From Balanoglossus misakiensis (lineage: Eukaryota > Animalia > Hemichordata), in assembly GCA_040954595.2 (NCBI GenBank), contig CM082586.2, forward strand, positions 12,183,337 through 12,247,336: 64,000 bases of DNA, read 5' to 3'. The notes below the pieces were generated by a model that had not been told where the DNA came from, searched no databases, and saw only the letters and a program-made list of their open reading frames with translations. Positions 12,840 to 24,200 of this stretch are shown here, in pieces. The stretch's first letter is position 1; every line of letters starts with the position of its first letter. The translations under genes were made by a program, and so were the position numbers.

Positions 12840-14319
12840 TACGGCGCGCCAAGTGTTTCAAAATTATTTATCATTATTTTATAGAAAATTGATGTCTTTT
12901 AACAAAAAAATACGTAAAAACAGAAAAAACTGATTGGTGGTTTAAAAAACGAGTGTAAAAAGTAATCCATCGTGGAGTAAAAAAAACAACAACAACAACA
13001 ACAAAAAACTAACACACACAGAAGAAAATCTCACCTGTTGTCAAAAAAAACCCACCAAGCTTACCAAAAAAACGTCCACAAGGCAGTTGCAAAAAAAAAA
13101 AATCACTAATTTGTCACAAAAAAAACACGCGCACATTTTTCACGAAAAACGCACACTTCACAAAAAATACACACAAAGTATTAAAAAGAACACTCTTTGA
13201 AAAAAAAGAGAGACTACAACTTTTAAAAATGCACACCCCCAGAACAAACAACACAGGCAAACATAGAAAAAACACGAACATGTTAGCCATAAAAAACGGA
13301 GATATTTGTCACCGAAAAAAAACCCCGCACTCATGTCACCCAAAAACTAACGGGCCACTTTAAAAAACGCAGATGCACTGAGGTTGCAAAAATAAGCACA
13401 TTTTTAATCCCCCGAAAAAAAAAACAGGCAATTTGAAAAAAAAACACACAGCAATTTGCAAAAAAAAAAAAAAAAAAAAGGAACATTTGTCACCCCCCAA
13501 AAAACATGCAATTTGAAAAAAAAACGCAGAGCAATTTACCAAAAAAAAAAAATATAGGAACATTTGTCACCCAAAAAAACCAGGCAATTTGAAAAAAAAA
13601 ACGCAGAGCAATTTGCAAAAAAAAATATAGGAACATTTGTCACCCAAAAAAAAACAAGCAATTTAAAAAAAAAAAAAAACGCAGAGCAATTTGCAAAAAA
13701 AAAAAATATAGGAACATTTGTCACCCAAAAAAAAAAAACAGGCAATTTGAAAAAAAAACGCAGAGCAATTAGCAAAAAAAAGAAAATATAGGAACATTTG
13801 TCACCCCAAAAAACATGCAATTTGAAAAAAAAAACGCAGAGCAATTTGCAAAAAAAAAAATAATAGGAACATTTGTCACCCAAAAAACAGGCAATTTGAA
13901 AAAAAAAACACGATATAAAATTTGAAAAAAAAAATATATAGGCACATTTGTCTCCCAAAATATTCAGGCAGATCCAAGTTGTAAAAAATGGTATATTTGT
14001 CATCCAAAAAATAAAATAAGCGTGTTTAAAAAAACGAGCATTCAGTTGTAAAAATAAATAATAGTCTTTAACAACTTGAAAAAAAAAACGGACGCATTTG
14101 AAAGAATAGCGTATGCGCATGCGCCGAAAAAAAAAATGAGTGAGAAATCCTGGGGAATAAATGCGCATGCGCAAAAAAAAAAAAAGTGAACAATCCTGGC
14201 TGAAAAAAAAAAAGTGAGAGATTTCGGTAGAGGAGTCTGGGTAATATTTGAAAAAAAAAAAACGGAGTCTGAAAAAAAGTTGAATTGAAGAAGAGAAAAG
14301 AAAGGGGAAACGCACAAAC
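12840..14319 (+). repeat. Left TIR (~1480 bp) with internal A-rich tandem repeats
   Basis: Reverse complement of 31908-33521. Repeated unit ggaacatttgtcaccc-An-caggcaatttg-An-cgcagagcaatttgc-An at ~13480-13960. Confidence 0.95.
14114..14173. promoter_or_regulatory. Pair of NRF1/EWG/P3A2-type palindromic sites in the left TIR (putative promoter of the cargo gene)
   Basis: TGCGCATGCGCC (14114-14125) and TGCGCATGCGCA (14162-14173) match consensus YGCGCAYGCGCR (the first with one terminal mismatch). A donor-like aag|gtgtgt follows at 14401. Confidence 0.6.
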
Positions 14320-15246
14320 AACTGCTAGGTGTCGAGATACGTGGGAGTGAACTCCGAAGCATCTTTTGGGCATCATCGTTATCAATCGACATCCACAAAA
14401 GGTGTGTATCATCTGTATGTTATATTTAAGTTTATTTTAACCGTGGATAGCTGCAGTGCATGATAAGTCGTTATTTTGCATGGATTGCATCATGTTTAAA
14501 AAATCATGTTATCGAGTGAACTTTCTTATTCTACTATTTCCGAAGTATAAAAGTTCAGTTGTGTCTTTTCGCATCGTTTCGCATATAGTTAGCTCTGCGT
14601 GACAGGGCTGTGTGACGAAGATCGACGCACGTTTTGAGTTCGGAATCGGCCGTTTTTGGTAAGGAAACCATACCGCAACAAATCCGTTGAGTTTCGCCAG
14701 GTTTGGCTATGTAGCTTAGCAGGGCTGTGATTGGAGGCGTAGCCGTTAACAACACACAGCCCTGGTAGCTAAATTCCCACCGCTGGAGTGATGTAACAGC
14801 ACAGGGGACTCTCCCTCCGCGATTTTGTTTGTTTGTTTGTTGTTGTTGTTGTTGTTGTTGTTGATGATGATAATACCCTAACACTTACATGTCAACAAAC
14901 CATATTTATTAATAAAGAAATATGTATTTGTTTATTATGCCAAAAATCACCATCATCATCATCATCAACAACAACAACAACAAACAAACAGACAAAATTG
15001 CGGAGGGAGAGTCCCCTGTGGTAACAGGGCAATGTGTTGCTTTGCGGCTTGCTGCCAACCGCCAGCGGTTGATGATAGTTTACCAAGACAATTAACTTAC
15101 ATTCTTGAATTGTATGTAGTATTTCACATAGAGATGCATGGCATATTTTCATGTGTTACATTTTAACATACAGTTATTCCTCATTATGGTCTTTGTGAAA
15201 TAATGTTTCATATATTTTTCATATCTTCTTTCCAAAAGTCATCAGA

Positions 15247-18200
15247 ATGGATAATACACAAAGGTCAGAAATACAAAGAACATTGGACTCAATGGACACA
15301 CTTGAAGTAAGAACAGCCGTAAACAATTTATTTAGGGGAAGAAGGCAGCCAGCTCAAGTACAACAATTACACAACACACCACATAACACCAGCCGCGCAC
15401 AAAATCCTAGGGACACATCAAGAAAAACTGCTGTATTTCCTCGATCCACAGCTGTATATTTACCCAAATCAAGAATGTACCATATGAAACTGTGTGTCCT
15501 AAAATATGACGAAGCAGTCATGATTGACACAACAGGAACTGTACATAACTGTGATGGAGACTGGCTTTTCAAAGGTGACATTTGCTTAGAAAGTAAATGG
15601 AATGATATACAGGTGGAGCGAGAAATACAGAACATGATAAGCCTTGCATATCCAAACTATATGGAAAAATTCAAGTTTGTGGATGTTCCACGCAAGGGTT
15701 CAGTCCAGTTACGAATCGTTTCCCGCTCATTCAAATATACGGCAAAAGCAGTATGGGATACAAGGAGTTTGAATAAAACCATCTATGTCATGCTTGATTC
15801 AGAACATGACCACACCCAGGAAACTGCCAGCATTCAGCATTATCAGAGGTGTTCAAATGTTGTAGATACATATAACAGTACAGTGACTGCAGACGCGTCC
15901 CTCCAGTCCCCATCCATGGTACTTGATGAAGTCACCACTGAGATTGAAGGAAATACTACTACTTTGCAAAGCCATGATGATGAAAGATATGCATGCACTA
16001 CCGTTGTCCAACCTCTTCAAACAGAAAATGATACAACTATACAGCCTTTAAGTTTCACATCTAATCGGGCCATTGAAGACACTGTGCCATCTCCAACAAG
16101 TGAATCAATAAGATTAACAAGTACAATACATGATGATACAACAATGCAGCTAGTGCCTTTAAGTTTCCCAGACAGTGTATCCAATCAGGCGAGTGAAGAC
16201 AGGCCATCTCCATCAAGTGAACCAATGGGATTAACAAGTACAACTCATGACACCCTATGCAATGGACCTCAATCAACCACTGGACAGAGTCCAATTGGTA
16301 GACAACACCACCAAATGGAAAGTACTGCCAAGAGACATAAAGGAAATCCAAAGAATGTAAGTATCCTGCTCAATAAGTCTTCTCATGTTGTTTAGTTTCA
16401 ATAAGAGAGCTGTGCTCAGGCTGATGACGTGCTTGTGAGTGAGTGAGTGAGTATGTTTATGTTTGATCAACTGTACGCATCACAATTTTTTAATACAGCT
16501 GCTTCAATTCAAAATTTATGAAAGATAAAAATGAAAATATGGAAACTATTTCTTTGAATATTGTCCTGCCCCCCCCCCCCTGACAAATTCCTAGGGGGTG
16601 CTAACATGTCAACAGGTGAACCCCTTTGGTCGAATTGTGTTAACATACAAGTGACATTGACAAAAGTCACATAAAGACAATTAATGCCATGATTTTCTTA
16701 TTTGTAGGAGTGCACACTGAGAGACATGATTTGTACTGATGGTGCAGAGCAGCTTGTAGATTACGGTAATGTGAACCTAAGTACTTATTCAGCAAAGACA
16801 CATTCATCCTTGTCAGAAAAAGTAAACATGCATGATCAAGGGAGATGTAGTCTGATGTAGATTGAGTCATGACTTTTGAATATAAAAAAATGACGTTCTT
16901 GCCCTCAGTAAAATTTACTTGAATTTGCAAGATAAGATCAGTTGGTGCACATGCATATATTGTTCAAATGTCCATTATGTACTAGAATCCAAATAGTAGT
17001 TTAGCTGTGCCGATCTTCAATAAAATAAAACCTAAGGTTTGATAGCACTCTGAGATCCCCTAATTTCTTATGTTCCAGCATAAATCAGTTGATCTCAGTG
17101 TGATCAAATCCTTAATACTTACCAGATTATGACCCCTCAACTTCTGACCTTTAGCCATTCTGCCATTACATGTAATTTCAATCATGCACTCTTGGCTTGT
17201 TAGAAATGTCTGTGCCCTTCTTTCCAAGAAAACAAGAAACTTTAAAAGGATGGTGACGGGGATATTGCCTTGTTGATAATTGAAACAAATTACTAGCTTC
17301 CACTATATGTAGTGTGTTTCTCACAACAGGTCTACCAAACCCTGGCAATTACTGTGCAGTCAATGCGGTGATACACCTTCTTGCATGCATAAAACCAATT
17401 ATGGAATGTTTATCTGAGGTGGTTTCTGGTGGTCCATGTATTGAAGCTGTCATTGAGGTATGTCAAACTTTTCATTTCAAGTTATGCAAATTGTCTTTAG
17501 GTATTGCAGACTAAATGGGCATTACGATGACCTACTGAGTCATATGATTAGGTCCCATTGGTATAGGCATATATACCATGGGACCTTATGGGATCGGTTG
17601 CGTCTGTATGTATGTATGGATGGATGGATGGATGGATGTATGGATGTATGTCTGTATGTCCGTCCACATCAAAAACTTGAAAACCGCTGCGCGTATCACC
17701 TCAATATTTGGTGTGTAGGTGCAGGCTGGGCTGTAGATGGGAGTTTGTCCAAACGAAGTTGCCAGGCCCAAAAATATGCAAAATAGCTGGAAAAATGTGA
17801 AATTTATCAAAACTCTGAAAGTCAACAACTACTTGTCAGATTGCTTTAAAAATTGGTATGCATGTACCACATGTCAACTTCACATCGACCTGTAAGTGTT
17901 AAGTTAATATAATGGATGTTTTATTTTTTATGAATTTTTTAGTCTTTTTATTAAATTTATACCTTTACTTATATCTCTATGGTTAAGCTATGTCCACGTC
18001 TTATTGTGGAATTCTGGTCTGTGCAATAGTCCTGTAATGTGACTGTCTATTGGTCAGTGAGCACAATGGGGCCAAAATAAAAGGCAAAATTTTGGGCTCA
18101 CCTGTAACACCTGCTTAACATATTAATTATGTGCTTGCCTAATTCCGGGCTAACTAATAGGGCTAGAGGTTTCGTTCTTGTGGGACATGGACCAGTATAG

Positions 18201-21200
18201 GGTCAAAATTTCTTGCCAAAATTTTGGGTGACCTCAGGTGACCTTTGACCTACTTTCCTATATCTCGGCATCCAGAGCAGGTACAGACTTGGCGTTTGGA
18301 GGGTTGGGACTAAAATTGAAAAGCCAACATATTGGTCACCTGTGACACCTGCATATCTCATTTATTATGTGCATACCTAATTCCAGGCTAACCAATAGGG
18401 CTATAGGTTTGGTTTTTGTTGAACATGGACCAGTATAAGATCAAAATTTATTGCCCAAATTTTGCATGACCTCAGGTGACCTTTGACCTACTGTATCATA
18501 TCTTGGCATCCAGAGCAGGTACAGACTTGGCGTTTGGAAGGTTGGGACTAAAATTGAAAAGCCAAAATTGGGGGTCACCTGTGACACCTGCATATCTCAT
18601 GAATTATGTGCATACCTAATTCCAGGCTAACCAATAGGGATATAGGTTTGGTTTTTGTTGAACATAGACCAGTATAAGGTCAAAATTTATTGCCCAAATT
18701 TTGCATGACCTCAGGTGACCTTTGACCTACTTTATCATATCTTGGCATCCAGAGAAGGTACAGACTTGGCATTTGGAAGGTTGGGACTAAAATTGAAAAG
18801 CCAAAATTTGGGGTCACCTGTGACACCTGCATATCTCATTAATTATGTGCATACCTAATTCCAGGCTAACCAATAGGGCTATAGGTTTGGTTTTTGTTGA
18901 ACATGGACCAGTATATTTGTCACCTGTGACACCTGCATATCACATTAATTATGTGCATACCTAATTCCAGGCTAACCAATAGCGCTATAGGTTTGGTTTT
19001 TGTTGAACCTGGACCAGTATAGGGTCAAAATTTCTTGCCCAAATTTTGCATAACCTCAGGTGACCTTTGACCTTCTTTTCCATATCTTGGCATCCAGAGC
19101 AGATATGCTTATTGCTATGTTGCTATGTGCTATGTTGGCTTGGGCCCGCTGCTTGCAGATCTGCTTGCAATGTCACCTGTAATTTTTATTCTGGTGTGTC
19201 ACTGTTTCCACATAATCCTCAAATGGGACCACAGTGTCCTTGACGCTATTTTTTTATAATTGTTTTCGCAATTTTCATGATAATTCATTATTTGTTATTA
19301 TTCTTGACGTTATGTTTCTGTCAGTACATGCAGTGAATTGGTTTGTATTCATTCAAGGTAATATGTCACCTTTGACAGGTATTTTGATGTATTATACTTT
19401 TTTTCATATAATTACAATTACAAAATTAACTTAACAAATACTCTCCATTACAAAAGATTAAAGCTTATGACTGTATTCTTTAAAAAATAGTTATTGTGTG
19501 CAGTCATAGCTTCTCACTTCTAATTTTACTGAAGTGAGCAAAGTTGTCTCTCACAGCATATAACAATTTACCTTCTTCTATGCCATAGGATGGGTTATAT
19601 ACTTGATATCAGTATATGGTAGTGTCAACATTATTAAGCCAAAAATATAATATCAGGAATTTTCATAAAACACTTTTTCATCTATCATTCCCATTTAAAT
19701 CTAGATGATATCTTTGATTGGTGAAGAGGATTGTTTGGCAGAATACGAAACAGCAGTAAGCCATTTCCTCAAGTGTATGCCACGGGATATGGCTGGCGGT
19801 GGGTATGACCCTGCAGAAGTGTTGGACGAAACCTTGAAAGTGTTGTGTACAGAAAATGAGGTACAGTATTTTCAATCTTGTCTGTGTTAATTGATTTTAG
19901 GTCAGTCTTACATTTGTTCTGATAATGTAACTGTGTCAAGTTTGTCGGACATGAACCAGCAAAAATTTATTTAAAAAGTTTTTGGTTACCTTAGGTGACC
20001 TTGACCATCTTTCTGATATCTCATTATCTGGCTCAGATACAGCTTTGGAATTCCGTGGGAACCACTTGGGCCCCACAAACCATGCCTGTAGATTTAGATT
20101 TTAGGTCCAATTTGATTTATATGTACATATATACCATGGGACCTTATGGGATTGGTTGCGTCTGTATGTATGTATGTATGTATGTATGGATGAATGTATG
20201 TCTGTCCACATCAAAAACTTGAAAACCGCTGCGTGTATCACCTTGATATTTGGTGTGCAGATGCAGGCTGGGCTGAAATGGGAGTTTGTTCAAATGAAAA
20301 ATTTGAATTTGGTCAAAACTCAGTGACTCAAGAACTACTGGTCAGATTGCTTTGCAAAGTGTGTGTATTTACTTTATTGAGTTCTTTGTAATTAGGCAGG
20401 AACCCCCTCCTGATATTTATACACACAGCAAATTCCTGCATGATAACATAACTGGCTAAGTTTTAAAGATGCCAGCTGTTCTATTTAGTGTATGTACAGT
20501 ACATATGCCATTGGCAGCTTATGGGTCAGTCAGTGTTTGCTCTTTGATCTCTCTCTTTCTCTATGTGTGTGTGTGTCTGTCTGTCTGTCTGTATATGGCC
20601 ATGTACTCTGGTGTAGACATTTTCTGGTGTAATCCCTCAATGGGACCACCGTGTCCTTGACGCGATTTTTTTTCTTCCAATTGATAGATTTTTTCATTCG
20701 TTTCATGTTTTATAGCATTTAGCACAGGTAATCCAGACAACTTTGGCAGGTACACGGAGACGGATCTGGATTTACGAGGATGAGGAATTTGAAGACGACA
20801 GTTATCGTCATATCCTTTGTTTGACCCTGCTGTTATAAGGGATTTAAGCTGTAACTGTTTGCTCTATTTTCAGTATTTTTGATCAGTGAATCAATTGCAG
20901 TTTTGTGGTCCTCTAACAACAGCATGCCATTTCTAGTACTGCACTAATAAACATAGGCTGTATGTGTGTAACGTAACATTGACCATTGTTATTGTTGACA
21001 AATAAATTCTTGTCCAGACTTTAATTACATTTTTGAATGTGGGGCATTTCTTCATACTATAAGGATTTGAACAAAAAACTGCAGGAGATAAACAAACCAA
21101 AATTACCTGTACTGAAAACATCGAAAAGTTACAGCTAATTTCCTGACTTAAGTATATATTTTTGTAACAAACTAGATTCTTCATGTTGACGAGACCAGTG

Positions 21201-24200
21201 TTCAAGTGCATATATATCCATAAATACTGTTGTACACAAACTCAGAAACTATGAATGGTTGTATGGTGATTTTATCACGCATATATAAAGTAAAAAGGTT
21301 GCTGCCCTGTGGTAGTAACTAACAGATGGTGAGATAATGTGTTTTCAAGAAGTAGGGGTGGGCATTAATTTGAAACTAAATTGGGCAGACCTTTTCAGGG
21401 TGTGATCATTTTATAGGGAAAAATATAACAAATGATACTGACATCATTGATTTTGCTGATGATTGTCAATTTAATATTCAGTTTTCCTATACATTACCTT
21501 GATACACCCCTGGTACGTTCTTCAACTAAACCCAGGATCATCAATTGACAGTATGCTAAATCATTTTCTCACAGAGAGAATGATTTATTGTTGGCGAGAC
21601 ATTCCTTCTAATGTGAAAGTCCAAATCAAAGACAGCATAGACGGAGCACCTGAACCTTCTGAACGTATGTTTTTTTATTTATTTGATTATACATGTACAC
21701 TTAGTTACTTTGCTATATGTTTCACTGTTACAAATATAGAACTGAAAATATAGTTAATTTTCATAATTTCTCTTTGAGGGGTCACTGTATAAATATTGAC
21801 ATTGTCACGGTATCAATTTACCCCCAGAGATACTACAGAAGTAGAAACCCTTAAATGAAAAAGTGATTGTCATTTACTCTACTTTAGGGAGAAGGGAGGA
21901 AAAGGAACATCATTTTGTTTGTTTTCTTCATTATAGATGACAGCGTAAAGCATGTTGACTTCTGGGTAACAGAACCCAATTTAATATGTTTGGGGATTCA
22001 CAGAAATGATGGTTATGGCAATAAGGTAGGTTTCATACTTTCTGTAGACTGATCATAAAAATGTTAATTATCAAGAGAAAGTGAAGTATAATTCATTGCA
22101 CCACAACATGTGACTTTTGCTGTAGTTGCTATAGGGCATAAGCTCCAGGTCATGAATGATTTGACAACTGAGATGAGACACAAGGATGCTGATCAATGCA
22201 CATACAGTAGCTGGGGCCAGTGCAGTATTGTCTTCTACATTTTTCTAAATACAGTCAACCAAAAGAATAAGTAGCTTCTTTTATCCTAGGTAGAGCAAAT
22301 GATTTAGGATAAATTTAAATTGTATACTATTAGTCTTTGAAAAGTTTGATGCTTTTGTGATATTACAGGACAATAGGAGTATAAAAATTCCGAGGTCGAT
22401 GACTGCTGAAGCACTGTTGTCTCCACAAGATTTCCCTGCATTCTGGTCACCCCCTGATATGGAAGTCACTGCCATAGTTGTGCATTCTGAAATAAGGGGC
22501 CATATAATGTTGTTAGTAAAGAAGGAGGCAGATACATGGTAAATATAGTCTGTTTGCTATGTTCTTCTTTGTCATCATTTCGTGTGTAAAGCTGTTAAAT
22601 ACTGAAAAGAATGAATAATCAATAACAGATCAGTTTTAGTGAAATTTAGTCTGTGAAGCCTCTTAATTGATGGTGCTCATGAGAACATGTATGTAATTGA
22701 CTGCAGAAAAGTGATAATTGATATAATTTTACAATTTCTTTCTTTGACAAATTACAATTAAAGATAAAGTTTGAGTCTCTATGCATGTTATATTAATGTG
22801 TTAAAACTTATCAAATTCCCTGCTATTGTTAACACATCTCATTTGTTTTTGTCTGTTCAGGGTCATGTATGATGATGACCATGTAACTGAATTTATCATG
22901 ACTTCTGCCATTCTGAAGTATCTACAAGGAGGCAATCAACAAGACAGTGTCAATATCCTTTTTCTCTTGAAACCAGAACAGACGCACGTTTCTTGTTACT
23001 TCATGTAACATGTTACAAAAAACTGTTGATTTTATAGTGGATAAAGTGATCAGTACACAATAATTTTTTGATGTATTTCACAAGTGTCTCAGTGCAGTCC
23101 ATTTTAGAAATTGATACAAGCTCTGCAGTTAATGTCTGTTTGTAGGTGATCACTATTACACAGTCCTTGTGTAAACATTAAACTACCGTACACTTTGAAA
23201 ATAAATAGAATATCAGTACTTTCAAAGAAAACTTTAAAGGCTGTAAAAGTGATGAACATGTAGTCATTCTAAAATGGAAAATAGAGTTTTGTTTGTCTTC
23301 CTTAATTACTCACTAATAGCTGTGTACTCAAAGGCCGAAATGTTCAGTCCTTACCCTTCAAAGCTGAGTGATGCTGTGAGGATATCTGCTAAAGAAAGGT
23401 ATTTTCCTGGTGACAAAACATCCAAACAAAAGTTTTAGTTGTATGCAAAAGGACAGAACATAACATCTTTCATTTTTTTGCACATTCTATGTAATCAGGC
23501 AATATGTGTTTACTGTATCAAATATTCTCATTCGACATTGTCTAGCATTCTAATATGTTACCACAGATCTGTATGTGTGAAGACTTTTCATGATATGTCC
23601 AATGTTTTTCTTCATTCTGGCAAGAGGTAAAGGTTATTGTCGTAATCAAAGCCTCATAATGTCACTGAGTGTGTACATGTACTATTGTACCACTTTTTTC
23701 TTTTATTTTCCCTGCAGACTTCAGGATTCTGTTGACTTGAGACAAATAAGTTGTGGATTAGGTAAATATTTATCATATGATAACAAACCATTTTTGTCCT
23801 TGCTGTTGAAAATGGAGGGATAAATGGCTTGTTTCTCATGGAAAAATGATAATATGTGACTTCTATATTTGATGTTGTTAATTTAGAAGATTTCCCTTCT
23901 GTACTGCTTAGGGACAGAGTTGATATGACAGGACGTGTTTTTTTTTCCTTTTAAAAGAGTTGAATAGAGAATTGGTCAGAAGACGAGTTGGGAGAAGACT
24001 AAAATCTGTTGTTGGGATGGAGGATATTAAGAAGAAAGTAGAAAAGCTTGCCATCTGCGCAATAAACAACAAAGCCCGGAGTACAATTAAGAAACAAGAA
24101 GAGGAGCCCCTAAATTTATTATTTTATGGGCCACCAGGCACAGGCAAAACTATGTTTGCTAGGTTGCTGGCAGGTATGTTTCTTTTTGTGTCCATTCAAT

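Noticed and set aside
13158-14412. Phe-rich/Lys-rich ORFs (also 31885-33265)
   Set aside because: Translations of poly(A/T) repeats inside the TIRs.
14585-14775. Hammerhead or other self-cleaving ribozyme
   Set aside because: Stems are present but the CUGANGA/GAAA core is not.
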